Shown: one piece after another, positions 36,564 to 50,030 of the stretch
How positions within the stretch are numbered: the stretch's first letter is position 1
Layout of the letters: every line of letters starts with the position of its first letter
Assembly: GCF_006345805.1 (NCBI RefSeq)
Contig: NC_043014.1
Span: forward strand, 31,372,001-31,436,000
Source: Octopus sinensis
Taxonomy: Eukaryota
Length of the DNA: 64,000 bases
Reading direction: 5' to 3'
Notes under the pieces: generated by a model
The model's database searches: none
Told to the model about the DNA's origin: nothing
The model's input: only the letters and a program-made list of their open reading frames with translations
Made by a program: the position numbers and the translations under genes

Positions 36564-37460
36564 TACATACATACATACACACACATTTAACCCTGAAGTA
36601 AATATTCACAAATAAAACACTATACCAGGATGTAATAATTTTCATACATATGAAACCAGTTTTAGAAAAGCTAACTTAACCTACATAGTCTATTTCACTT
36701 CAGAAACTCTTGAAGTTTAAACAAAAAAATTTTGTCCAATACTTGAATATTTTACAATACTTAGGTGCCAAGTTACAGTTAGAAATGAGCTTTCAGTAAG
36801 ATAATAAAATATTATTTCATTACAGTAAGTGTAATATTCTCAAATAGTGTTACACAAAGAATATGAATATGAAATTCTTAAGTAGTATTAAACGAAATGT
36901 AAGTCATATTCTAAAGTAATATTATACACTGAGTGTAATATTCTAAAGTACCATTAAATACAGAGTATGTGATTTTCTAAAGTTGTCTTCAACAAAACAT
37001 GATATTGATATAATCAATGCAGTATTATTATGCATTACAATGCTTGTGATATCATGAAGTAGTATATTCAAGATATTGGTACAGGCATTCCCAAGAAGCA
37101 TTCCTCACAGTGTGTATAACTTTAAAACCATGCCAATTGCACTTTAGGTCAATGATGGCAAACCTATGTTATGTGCATCAGCTGTGATAAGCTGTGGGGT
37201 TTTAGATTACACAATGTGGTGTGGAGAGAATCTCTCTCGGCCATACCATACCATGAAATCTTCATCTATGAACATTTTGCTAAAACTACAACACATCTGA
37301 AATATAATATTTAAGTGACATTCAATTAACAGGATTATTAATGAAATTATAATTTTACCAATGCTGAGCTAGAAAGAGTTTGCCATCCAGCCTTGAGGTC
37401 ATATATGGGTGATCTCAGTTAGCAGTTGTCTCTAAAACTAATTATCGCTCTTATTTATAT

Positions 37461-37939
37461 AGGTGTGACTGTGTGGTAAGAAACTTGCTTGCCAACCAGT
37501 CCCACTGCATGACACCTTGGGCAAGTGTCTTTTACTATAACCTTAGGATGACCAAAGCTTGAGAGTGAATTTCATAGACAGAAACTGAAAATATATATAT
37601 ACATATATATAGTTTATAGGTTAGAGACAGGTGTTCTTTATATAGAATACACTTCAAAGTGCTCAAGAGATTTGAACTTGAGTTGGTAGATGAGGAAATG
37701 TAATGACAAACGAGTTAGGCATATTGATTTACATAGAATATTAAATACATTTAATGGAAAAATGTATATGTATATGGATATAAAATAATCTGACTTACAG
37801 AATATAAATGATATCAGGAGTTATATGGGTAGAGTTTTACGAGTCCAACAGCTGTTTCTGGGGGCTTGGTGGTCTGGCATAATGATAGTTACTTGGATCT
37901 CTTATCGACTTGCCTAATTTGCTTGTCATTACATTTGCT

Positions 37940-37990
<51 letters not shown>

Positions 37991-38222
37991 ATCTATATAA
38001 TCTATGTGTATGTGTCTTTGTGTTAGTGTTTGACCTCCACCACTGCTTGACAACCAGTGTTGGTGTGTTTACATCTCTGTAACTTAGCAGTTCAACAAAA
38101 GAGACTGATAGAATAAGTACAAGGATTAAAAAAATATATTGGGGTCGATTCATGTGCTAAAAATTCTTCAAGGTGGTGCCCCAGCATGGTCACAGTCTAA
38201 TGACAGAAACATGTAAAAAATA
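37461..38222 (+). mobile_element. SINE family A copy split by an insertion (head about 37461-37590, tail about 38004-38222)
   Basis: The head ends at cagaaactgaaa followed by TA repeats. The tail resumes with gtgtctttgtg...cttgacaaccagtgttggtgtgtttac after about 400 bp. Confidence 0.75.
37612..37930. mobile_element. Possible Penelope-like remnant with short inverted repeats, nested in a SINE microsatellite
   Basis: TA tracts on both sides. About 37695-37730 (aaatgtaatgacaa...ttaggca) is an inverted match to about 37902-37938. The minus strand carries GAAAC-AGCT-GTT (palindromic HHR stem III-like) at 37847-37858, but no CUGANGA box. Confidence 0.35.
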
Positions 38223-39254
38223 AAAGGTACCCACACACATACACATATGTGCGAGAAGAAACATATGCACATATCCATACAAAGGCCATGCAGTTGGCAC
38301 AATTAGATAAGATTGTGGTACAGTTGATATGATGGAAAACCACCAGGTATTATTTAATAAGATTCAGTATTTATTAGCTAGAGCTCACCTTATCTGGCCT
38401 TAAGACAGTTAATTGAAAGATAGGATAAGGATCAAGATGTTATTGCCAAGAATGCACATAGTACAAGCCAATCCCAAGACACAGTTTTCAGAGACACAAC
38501 TATGACAAGAAAGTGTTAGAACACCAGTAGAGAACCAGTAGTTAGTATTATCAGACTGTTAATTAACATTATGTGGTTAACACATTATCATCAGTCTAGA
38601 ACACATAATCAGTCTACTTAATATGATAGCTTTAATTTTCAGTGTAATTAACATTATAATGGATGAACAGGCCTGTTCTCAATGTGCACTTTTGGTTTTG
38701 TTGCTGTTGAAAATATTTTTCTTGTTGAAATTGTGTAACTTCATTACAAATATAACAACCCCCAGAGATGCTTTAACACCTTCCTAACACTATACTCTCA
38801 ATAAGCAAAGCTATAGTGGACAATCCAACCCCTCACCTTGTAGCATATAATGTTCTTTTTTTTTTACTTTTGTCACTACACCCTCTGTATTGCCTTAGGA
38901 AATAGAAGGGAAATACAGAGCCAAAGCAGCATGACAGTCTTGTGATTTGGGCAAGCCACTAGCACATTTATACGAGAATATGGATACACATGCACATATA
39001 CAATGCTAAAATATATACTGGTGGGTATCCCAAATTGGATAATTTGAAAGAAATTTTCCAAAACTCAGGTTAAATACACAAAATTTACTGATCCTTGAAC
39101 TCAGAAGGCTACTTTCAGTTTTGTCTTTCAAATTAATATCACGTTTAGCAGATGTTGAATTCTGATGTCATGCCCCCAATTTTTTTATAATGAGTTGGAA
39201 GTATTTGCACTGTTGTATATTGTTGTTATTACACACACACACACACACACAATA

Positions 39255-39548
39255 GGCGCAGGTATGGCTGTGTGGTAAGAAGTTTGCTTCCCACTACATG
39301 GTTCTGGAATCAGTCATATTTTGTAGCAGGATAGAAGTCTGTCATATATATGTGTGTATATCTTTATGCCTGCGCTTGTCATCTACCACTGCTTGACAAC
39401 CAGCGTTGATATGCTTATGTTCCCATAACTCAAAGGACCAGTACAAGAGACTCATAGAATATGTACCAGGTTAAAAAAAACAAGTTCTGGGGTCAATTCA
39501 TTTGACTGAAATTCTCAAGCTGCCCCAGCATGGCTGCAGTCTAATGAT
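39255..39548 (+). mobile_element. SINE family A copy
   Basis: ggcgcaggtatggctgtgtggtaagaagtttgc...cttgacaaccagc...ccccagcatggctgcagtctaatga. Confidence 0.85.
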
Positions 39549-41618
39549 ATACACACACAGCAATTATTAGTATACATAGGATTATGAACATTAGTTACTT
39601 CTACGTACTACCACAGTTCCTATTTACCTATCTACCTGCACATGCACACATGCATAGAATTTTCTAAAATAAAAACATGGATGACAAAGTGAAAAGGTGA
39701 AAAAAGAGTAAGTATTAGTTTGATATTTGATGGTAGGTAAAAAAAAAGGGGGTTCTTAACATTTTGAGCTTATACTCTTCTTCTCAAAACCAGACAAAGA
39801 GAAAAGAACAGAAAAAAATGATGGGGAAGGGAACCACAGAGAGAAGCACTTTTAGTATATGTCAGGTTGTGTTGCAAAAGGCTAGAGGGTAACGCAAAAG
39901 CAGCCAGTATACATGTCTGCATGTTTTTTGTGCATGTTGCACACACACATCCATTTGCAATTAAAGTATGTTTCTTTCAGCATCAACCTACTATGTATGG
40001 ATGTATCACTACAAAGCATGTGTTTTTTTTTAGGTTTGTCTATATGCACCATGTGAATGTATGAGTATTTATGCATTTTGATTTATGCATATGGTGTGTA
40101 TATCTGAGTGTAGATGCATTGATACAAAGTGTGTGTGCATGTGTGTGCCTTTTGGTCTATGTACATGTGTCATGTTATATTTGTGTGGATACATCTGAAT
40201 GCACCAGATTAGTATATGAGTATGGATACTACTGAAATGTGTATATGCACATTAGTGATTAGATTTAAGATGGTGTGTGTGTTTATGCATGTGTATATGC
40301 ATTTGTACATACATACATGTTGTACTTTGAGTTTGATCAACATGGTGAAACTTATGGGGCGTAAGTGCATGTGCCTGAATGCTACTGTGTATGTTGCTTG
40401 AGCCTTGTATGTATGCATGTATATATGTGTGTGTGTGTGTGTGTGTGCTATTGATTGGCTGTGGAGCTGTATGCATTGTGATGGGTGTGCCTGTGGAGGT
40501 GTTGCAGAAGAGTGAGTGATTGGAGGAAAAAGTTGACATTCATTATCATCAGAGAAAACCTAAAACACAAACCAACTTACATGTTCTGGGTAAAAGAAAT
40601 ACTTCTATAAAAAAGGATAAAGAGAAAAGACAGTAAATTCAAAATAGTTATCTGGGCAGAAGAACTAGTAACAAATGTGATTGAAAACAACTTAAAACAA
40701 ACATCAAAACAGACCAAATAGATACCAACCAGACTATATTAAACCACAAAATGGTAGAACAGTAAAGGGTTAACCCTCAGATTCCCTGTTAATTCTTTGT
40801 GTGTAGTGCAGCTTTGTTTGTTGGTATTATTGAACAACAAACTGACATAGGCTTGAAAGTCTACAAATCTGTTTTACTGTGCGATTTCTGGCTTATCTAA
40901 GTTAATTCCTTTCATAAATATAAAATTTAGCAAATAAAAATATCTATGATATATTAGAGATACATGAGACTAAACACACACACTTTCACACTTCGCTGAA
41001 CAAGGACCAGTGCCCAAGCAATTGAAGACTTTTTAGTTCTTCGTTCTTCCTCACAACGGAAAACTAATAACTATATATGCTGTTTTGTTTTGTTTGATGT
41101 TTGTGTTTTTATATATATATTTATTTATTGGAATTAAGACAAACTAGTGTTCACAGTAGCTCATTCCAATATATAACTTGTGATCTTTAATCACAAAGGG
41201 TTCTATGAGCATTTAATGATAAGCTGAAATAAAATGTTCAGAGCTGTGATAACAGTCATGATTAATATAACAATATTCAACATTTTGGAAATCTCACAAA
41301 TATGCATATGTGTGTGTGTGTGTGTGTAAATTACAGCAAATGATATATACCATCAGGCATACACATTTAATTACCCTAACAACATTTCACATATTGAGCA
41401 ATATTAGATCAACTGTGACAAATAATACTTTTCTATTTTATGGAAGGAGAGTACAGCCAGTAAATGGCAGGGCATTCTACTCTTTTTGCTTTCATCAGCC
41501 ACACACTACACAGCTGTAGTAATATATAACATACATAGATACACACACACATATATATATACACACACACATGCAATCATTTCCACATATGTGTGTATGT
41601 GTGTGCACATATATAATA

Positions 41619-41897
41619 GGCATAGATGCGGCTATGTGGTAAGCAGTTTGCTTCCCAACCACATGGTTCCAGGTTCAGTCTCAGTATGTGGTACCTTAGT
41701 CTGGTGTCTTCCAAAGCCTCAGGCTGGCCAAAGCCTTGTAAGTGGATCTGGTAGATGGAAGCTGAAAGAAGCCTGTTGTATATGTATATATGAATGAATA
41801 TCTATGTGCATGTGTTTTCGTGTCTGTATTTGTCCCCACCACTGACTGTTGGTGTGTTTACGCCCCTGTAACTTGGTAGTTCAGCAAAAGAGACCAA
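41619..41897 (+). mobile_element. SINE family A copy (3'-truncated)
   Basis: ggctatgtggtaagcagtttgcttcccaaccacatggttccaggttcagtc...gttcagcaaaagagacc. Confidence 0.85.
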
Positions 41898-42989
41898 CAC
41901 CATGATATTTCACATGTTTTTCTATGGTGTCATGGTTTGGACGGATTATCTCAGGCTGTTTCAGTATATATATATCCATCAACAAAGAACCTTCCCCAAC
42001 ACAGTAACTTTGTTGCTGTGTATGTGTATTTAATGGTACCTCTAGTCATGGAGAAGTTGTACTATGTAAGAAGATGAAAGGGTCCCATCTATACTGTATT
42101 AGTTTTTATCTGGAGTTACCATTTTCCTAGATAGCTAGCTTGCACTGTGTGTGTGTGTGTTCAGAGTATATTACTTGGCTGTAACAAAATAAAAATATAA
42201 GGAAAATGATTATATCAATGACCAACACTGCTGCTGCTGCTGGTGGTGGTGGTGCTGCTGCTACTACTACTACTACTACTACTACGATCCATCAAAACCA
42301 CATGTATGACTGGTGCTACTGTTACTGCTATAGCCAATTGCAGCCATTGTGCTGATGCTACCAATACTACTATAATCATCACCATTACAACATCATTAGT
42401 GGCTATCACCATTAATCTCACCATTAAAAACCACTGACATGACAGTCTGCAATAATGCTATCGCCACTGACCAAAGCAGTGAGAATGTTCATCTGGTGCT
42501 GTACAAAATACAGAGGCAGATGGTAAATGTCCTGGCTGATGAGAGAAGGCAGGGAGGACAAAGATGAAGGAGATGGGTGACAGCCAGCATCCATTGATGA
42601 GCATAACATGGGAAAAATTTGGAACAGTGAAGTAGTAGGAGGTAGAAAGAGCAAGGATTCTATCTCCTGTTACATGATGAGGAATACTGAGATATGCGTA
42701 TGTTATTGAGAATGGGTGGATGTTAAGAACAGATAAATCATTTCTGTTTCACTCAGAAAATGTGTTCTCATAATCTCCCACTGGACTTTTAAAATAAACA
42801 TTGTAGGACAAGATGTCAAGTAGAATATGGCTTTTGGTTATTCAGGAGAACAGTGAAGGGATGAGGAGTTGATTTGCAAGGCCAAGCAAAAAAAAAAAAA
42901 AAAACCCATGCCCCGGAAACTAGCATGCTCCACTGGATAGGTAATGTCAGAGCAGGTAATGCATATGACAGAGTGCAAATGATTTAAGA

Positions 42990-43345
42990 GGAAAAGTGGG
43001 TATAAGAGACATCAGATGTATGCAAGAGAGACGACTGTACTGGTTTGGTAATGTGATACATATGGATGAAGACAGCTGTGTGGAGATATGCCAAGCTCTA
43101 ATTATGGATGGTACCTGTAGAAGGGGTAGACTCAGGAAGACAAGGATCTTTGGATGCTGGACCTTGCACACATACCGGTTACAAGTAAAAAGCACCTGGT
43201 ACACTCTAAGTGGTTCGCATTAGAAAGGGTATCCAGCTGTAGTAACAATACCACAACAGGCAATTGGAGTCTGGCCAGCTTCATGTCAAACTGTCCAATC
43301 CATGCCAGCATGGAGACGAGAAGTTAAATGATGATGTCAATAATG
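42990..43345 (+). mobile_element. RTE LINE C-terminal remnant joined to RTE-type 3' tail
   Basis: GIRDIRCMQERRLYWFGNVIHMDEDSCVEIC...GTCRRGRLRKT resembles the RTE motif RRLRWYGHVxRM...RGRPRKTW. It is followed by the agggtatccagctgtag...ccatgccagcatgg...aaatgatgatg tail shared with the family B SINE. Confidence 0.8.
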
Positions 43346-43487
43346 ATGATTATTTTATCCATCTCAACTTTGAAACAAGAACACCAAATTCCTCAGAGAA
43401 GGTCACAGCTGCAGTTCCTGTTGTTTAGCCTCCACATTCAACAGATCTTTGATCAAAGATGTTCCAGCCTTTTATTTAGATATATAA

Positions 43488-43700
43488 TATACAAAGGGGT
43501 GCTGAAAAGTTCTTGGCTTTGGGTAAAAGAAAATACAGGAAGATCAATTAATTATGATTTTATTCAACATATTCCCTTCCCAGTTCACACACTTATTGCA
43601 GTTGTCCTTCAGTTTTCTAAGCCCTGTAAAAGAACTTGGAAGGTTAGGCCTCCAACCGGGCCTTTTGCAATACCCTTAAAGCCTCAGCACCCTCTCATTC
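43488..43700 (-). mobile_element. Internally deleted mariner derivative
   Basis: Terminal repeat tacaaaggggtgctgaaaagttcttggcttt at about 43488. The minus strand encodes GLRKLKDNCNKCV with a frameshifted GEYVE* (mariner C-terminus KCV..GEYVE). A degenerate second TIR (ggctttaagggtat) is near 43670-43695. Confidence 0.65.
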
Positions 43701-44141
43701 TCTAATCTGTCCTTCCATTTTAAAGACAGTAGGCTGTCATTTCAAAGAGACTTCCCTACTATTTATGGTGGCTGGATCAACTGTATAGAAATTCCTTAAT
43801 GACGCTCTTTAGCTTCAGGTCAACCTTAGTCAAGTAGACCTATGACCAAAAACATTGTAGCCATCACTATCTCGATTTTTACCCCCCACCTCCCAACACA
43901 TGTGTCCTTCTTTAAGACAGAAGGATGAGATGAAAATGAGATAGAAAAGAGATTTAGCTGCTATGTCTGGAAGATAAGAGATTCTTCATCAGTTTGTTGT
44001 TGTTTGAAAGGGGTTGTGATTGTCGAAGCTACTGCTGCTGTTGTTCTGATGATGGTGGTGGTATGAAGAGAAGCTAGAGATTGTAAATAATTACGATGAA
44101 AATAAATAAAACCACTGAGCAACAATAAAAGTAATTATAGA

Positions 44142-44179
<38 letters not shown>

Positions 44180-44734
44180 GGGGAAATGTGTGTGTATATA
44201 TATATATTTGTAAATGCATATGTGAGCATTTGCGTCAGTAATTGTATGTGTAATTGCTTCAATAAACATGTATGTATCTGTATTCGAATGCAGGTATGCA
44301 TGTGTGTAATTGCCTCAGTAAAGTGTACATATCAATGTAATTGCTTCAACGAGCATGTATGTATATGTCTATGTACCTCCACCAATATAATGCCTTATTT
44401 AATTTCAAGAGAGAAAGTTGAAAGATTGACAAACATGCTCTGCCTCCATCCCCAGGCACTCTCTATTTCATGCCTGCATTCTAACCAAACCTTGATGTAT
44501 GTATCTCCTTAGCAATATATTTATTGATGCTAGCTAGATATGTGCTGCCTTAGGATAAGGGAAAAGCAAATAAAGGGAACATGACATACATAGGCATACC
44601 ATTGTAACAATAATACACGAGTGCAACACATATATATGCGCTGCAGATTTTATGCACATAGATATTCACATAACTGTACACAGTATACTGCTTACAATAT
44701 AACGCACCAATAAACACAACTCACAGATTGTACA

Positions 44735-44890
44735 ATATATATACATATATATATATATACACACACATATATACATATATATATATATATACACATATAT
44801 ATATACATATTACATATATATATATATACATATAGATGTATTATACATATATATATACACACACACATATATGTATACATATAGATATAT
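44735..44890. repeat. Compound (TA)n/(CA)n microsatellite
   Basis: Visible compound array. Confidence 0.9.
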
Positions 44891-45759
44891 ACACACGCTC
44901 AATATAATACACTTTACAGCACAATATACACATCACACACCATATCTATACATAACACAATGTATATATCTCAACACACAGACTCTGACAATATACATAC
45001 ATATGCTGTGTAATATAAACTTGAGTACTAGGTAAATACATTCAGCCAATTGTGTGCATAGACACACATAAGAACAAGCAATATAGAAATACACATACTA
45101 TACAATATGCTAACTAAATATGGACACACACAATTTCTACATAATTAAAACATTAAGAATACAGGAGTACAATTTGTGTAATATGCACAATATTCATATA
45201 CACTGCACAGTATAGAAATACACCAGTAATATTGGTGCACATGTGTACGCACCGTAAGTATATACAACATGGAGTGTACGCACCGTAAGTGTTGTGACTC
45301 ACTTTCTTTTGTGTATCACCTCATAAACACAAATGACAAAAATAAGCAAGCTACCTTCTGATATTCAAAACAGAATTTTAAAAATATTTGTTAATAAGTA
45401 CTTTTGCTTAGATAAACACTGCCAAATGCTTCAATTTCATCTCTATTCCTATTAACTATATTAAGTAATGAATTTGAAATAATTGCTGTTTAAAGTAGAG
45501 TAAAATTAGAACTCTGTAAAAACAAGAAAATAAAAATAAAATCTCTCTACAAAAGTTGATTCTAAAAAAAAAATTCTAGATTATTGTTGAAATATAAATT
45601 ATTTATTGCAGTTAGAATTTTGAAAATAGGAATTAGTTTAACCCAAATTAAATCATGATTCTAGTATAATAATTATTTTGTAGTTGGCTAGATTTTTCAA
45701 TCATGTAGGCTCCAATTTGTACCATTCTTCTTCAACAGACACATAAATATTCCTTATTA

Positions 45760-46440
45760 TTGGAAGTTCTGAATTCAGCTTTGATTTAATGATCTCACAT
45801 TTTTCAATAGAACTTTAGGTCTGGAGACTATCCAGACCTGAACAAAGTCTCAATTGTGTGTTCTTGGAAAAACGTTTCAAAACTCTTTGGACAGAATAAG
45901 CAAGTAGATCACCATGTTGGTATATTGCCAAACTAGGAATGAGTAAACTATTGTATAAAGAAGACAGAAATGCTTCTGTACCATTTCTCTTTTTTGTATA
46001 ATATCATGATAGTGATGCTTTCATTGCAACACCTTCCACTGGTTAAAACAACTTCACACCATTATATCATCACTGTCACATTCTTTTGATGGTTATGGGC
46101 AATCTTCCATGAGTGTTTCATTTGATCTTCTCAAACATAATAGCCATCAAAGGAAGAGAATGGAGGATTTTGATTCATCTAAGAGAAAATCAGGCCTCCT
46201 CACATTTTTTTTAAACATTCAAAGAGTTGATATCTGTTCAGCAAATATTTTAGTAACTAGGATTTTCAAATAAAAGTCCTACAACAAATTCCAGATAACT
46301 TTCAAGATATACTAATCAGGTATCTATCAGGCTGTATGGAAAGTTTTGTCTGGTTACAAGTTGGAATCTATAGAAACCTCTTCTTTTTGTAAAAGCTATA
46401 AATATTAATGGCATTCCCTGATATATGAGCATCTTATGTG
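45760..46440 (-). pseudogene. Decayed Tc1-like DDE transposase
   Basis: The minus strand gives frameshifted motifs in the Tc1 order: IFS-DESK (about 46195-46165), IMV*SCF (VMVWGCF-like, about 46065), IYQHGD (FQQDN-like, about 45925) and SG*SPDL followed by SIEK..IIKSKL (SPDLNPIEN-like, about 45835-45780). Confidence 0.7.
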
Positions 46441-46689
46441 CTGTTACTGTAAAGAAAATACTATACATTAGTATATCAATTTTCTATTGGTTGAATGCAG
46501 CAGAGAATCAACAAAGATTATATTTTGGATAACATAATGCTAAAGACAAAACTTGCAAGGAATCCTGCTGTAAAAGTGAGAGAGAGTTTTTCACTGAATT
46601 TAATGTTTACATTCTGATTAGTTATAATATTCATCAGAAGTTAGGTAAAGTGTCAAAGTGGGGAAACAGGGTCATCATGCTCTTTCAGC

Positions 46690-47170
46690 AGCAAGTCATC
46701 AACAAGACTTGACAGCTGTGAATTGCCCCAGACACATAAACCTCCAAGAACTATTTTGAAACTTGATCCTGACTGGAAATGAGAAATATTATTTTTACAG
46801 TGATATTAAAGTGCAGGAGACAGAGACTAAGCCCAAATCAAAAAGCTCTGTATCATATCCACAAAGTGAACTTCACTCTTAAAATATTCCATGGAAGAAT
46901 TTAAAGAAATGGTTATTATGTGCTTTTTGGGTTGAATCAAACAATCACTTCTGAAATGCAATGTTAGTAAATTCACTGTTTTGGATAGCAAACTTCCTGA
47001 TTTAATAAACTGTTGTAGAATGGGTAGTCCTCTTTTATCTTCATAATGCTCAACCTCAGATTGTACAAGTGACAAAAATGTCATGATCTTGGTTGGATCG
47101 AACAAAATGTTACACTTTCTATGTTCTCCAAACCTTGCTCCAGACTCCCTACTTATTGTGAATTTTGTGA
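46690..47170 (+). pseudogene. Decayed mariner-type transposase
   Basis: The plus strand gives LILTGNEKYYFY at 46763 (IVTGDEKW-like) and HFLCSPNLAPDS at 47113 (HPPYSPDLAPSD-like), with in-frame stops between them. Confidence 0.6.
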
Positions 47171-47322
47171 AGCCACACATAAGACAGAAAATGAATTAAA
47201 TATATCTTTTTCTCTAATAGCTTTGCAAACTACTCCAGAACACAAATGGTGAATACAGCAGATATGATCTCACAACTTGTTGGGCTAGTAGTACTGTACC
47301 TAACTCAATCTGTGAAGGCACA

Positions 47323-47650
47323 TGGGTCAGTGGTTAGAGTGCCGGGTTCACAATCATGAGGTAGTGAATTTGATTACTGGACTGGGCTGTATGTTGTGTT
47401 CTTAAGCAAGACACTTTATTTTACATTGCTCCAGTTCACTCAGCTGTAGGAAATGAGCTGCGATGTCACTGGTGCCAAGGTGTATTGGCCTCCACCTTTC
47501 CCTTGGATAACATCAGTGGTGTGGAGAGGAGGAGGCTAGTATGCATGGATGACTACCGGTCTTCCATAAACAACCTTGCCCAGACTTGTGCCTCGGAGGG
47601 GAACTTTCAAGGTGTAATCCCATGGTCATTCATGACCAAAGGGGGTCTCT
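47323..47650 (+). mobile_element. SINE family C variant copy
   Basis: Same blocks as 20955-21292. Confidence 0.85.
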
Positions 47651-49582
47651 ACTTTTACTTACCAAACTCAATCATTTTGCAATACAAATATTTAGCCAAC
47701 TAAAGTGTGAAAGGAATAAAACCAACCCCTACTACTAACCACTGGATACTACTGAACCAAATTTTGTTGCAATAAGTTTAATGAAATATGCAAGGAAATT
47801 TTGATGAGATTGAGGATGTAATTGTCCATCTTGTACAATGCCACAGTTATACCTTTAATGATACAGTAACTTATTCATGTCATTAAAATAAGGGCCTCAT
47901 GTTTGAACCCTACATTTTACTACAACACCTCTTCACCACATACACACACACAACCACGAAATAAAGATGGGATGGCCATAAATACAAGCAAACATGAAAT
48001 GCTTCATTAGATTGGCTACCACAGTATCACAATAGCTTTGCTTGAGCAGAGTAGGTCATGACTACAACCAACACTACCACAAGACTCCCAACAACAACAA
48101 CGACAAGTTAATGATCCAACTCTTGACAAACTATTGACAAATACTAATATACAACTGCAACCCTTCCACCATATTTCTTAAGTTGTTTTTAAATCCACAA
48201 CCACTGGTTGTGGCATTAATAATTCACAACAACTATTATAGCTGCATTAATCCCATTTTGTTCGTTGTTGTTGTTGTTGTCATTGTCAGGAGAGCATTAG
48301 AGCATAATGTAATTTAGCAAGAAAGCAATTGGCTTCGAGTTATCTTCAAATGATTTTACTGTTGGATTGCATTGGCTTAGCTTTCTGCTGTGGACTCTGA
48401 CAGCATTAAGAATAATGTATTTAGAAGAATATTTAACAATAAGCAAAAAAAAAAGAAGTAAATAAACAAATGTCTACAAAAAGGAAACAAAAAGAAAAAG
48501 AAAAACAAGGTGAGTTGTTTTATCAGCCTAAATGCAACATGAAACAAAGAGCTTCTCTGATGATTCTTCAAATGGGCTTTAACTCTAACTAATTAGTCCC
48601 TTAACTCTCTGATCAATATTCTGGATTTGAATTTTGTAAAGTGATTAATTAGTTAAGTGATTTATAACAATTTTAGCTGAGAAATTAGAGAGAACATTCT
48701 GGCCTGCATACACACACCCAACTACACACACATGTATATATAAATCTGGCATAGTTCTAGGAGCTCAATGTTCAAATAAAAACATTATAGACAACCACAT
48801 GGATAGTGTGTGTATGAGAGAGAAGAGGGAGAGGAAAGTGAGGGAAAGAACAGGAAAGGAAAGATGAGGATAAAGACAGAGTGAAGGTGAGGGAGCAAGA
48901 GGTGGGTGGAGATAGGGAGACAGTTGCAGGATGCTGAGCTTCAAATATTATTTCTCTCCTTGCTGGCTTGGTTAAGATGAGTGTAGTCCTTCCCTCTTTC
49001 TCTCAATGTCTTCTTCCTATGCTGACAGGGAAAATAAAAATACCACCCCCCACAAACACCTGTTCTGGTTTTATTCTTACTCACTCTTGACATTCACTCA
49101 AAGGTGGACATCCAAAAGAGAGAAAATTAACATATACTGTTGCAGCGGCAATGACTAATGATGATGATGATGATGATGGTGATGTTTAACTTGGTTTATC
49201 AAATTAAATAAGCCCATAGTTCATGACTGGTATTTATATAATCAAATTCAGAAGGGTGAAAAGCAAAGTGACCATCAGTGTGATTTGAACCCAGAATATA
49301 AATGAATATAATTGAATCATTGCTGATTCTGCTACCACACTGCTCTCAGTAGCAGCAGCAATAATGGTTTCAAACAGTTGATTTAATAAACTCTAGTACA
49401 CGTACCAATACAGGTCACCACCAGTCACTTTCAAACAGTGTGGCTGTTGTCTGCCCATCCACACTGAGCTTTGACCATTCTTTGACTATCAGGCATCATA
49501 TATCTATGATCAAATTATCCTTGTTACTAAACCATCTAAGACTGCTCATACTTCTTATGATACTCTTTTACACTTTACTCTT

Positions 49583-49935
49583 TTACTTGTTTCAGTCATT
49601 TGACTGTGGCCATGCTGGAGCACCACCTTTAGTTGAGCAAATTGACCCCAGGACTTATTCTTTGTAAGCTTAGTACTTATTCTATCAGATTCTTTTGCCG
49701 AACTGCTAAGTTACGAGGACATAAACACACAAGCATCAGTTGTCAAGCAATGTTGGGGGTACAAACACAGACACACAAACACACACATATATATATATAC
49801 ATGACGGGCTTTCAGTTTCTGTCTACCAAATCCATTCATAAGGCTTTGGTCAGCCTGAGGCTACAGTAGAAGACACTTGACCAAGGTGCCACACAGTGGG
49901 ACTGAACCCGTACCATGTGGTTGGTGAGCAAGCTA
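49583..49935 (-). mobile_element. SINE family A copy (well preserved)
   Basis: ttttacttgtttcagtcatttgactgtggccatgctggagcaccacc...ctacttaccacacagccactcc. Confidence 0.9.
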
Positions 49936-50030
49936 CTTACCACACAGCCACTCCTATTTCCTGTTTTAAAATGATTGAAATTAAAACTTTTCATCAAAAC
50001 TTCTTGTTAATTTAAGTTCCATACACAAGT

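Noticed and set aside
45243-45290. Repeat-spacer-repeat as a CRISPR-like array
   Set aside because: There are only two repeats, the spacer is 14 bp, no cas genes are present, and the context is eukaryotic.
46827-47180. 117-aa minus-strand ORF with RFGEHRK, resembling a GIY-YIG fragment
   Set aside because: It is the antisense shadow of the decayed plus-strand mariner transposase, and no other GIY-YIG motifs are present.
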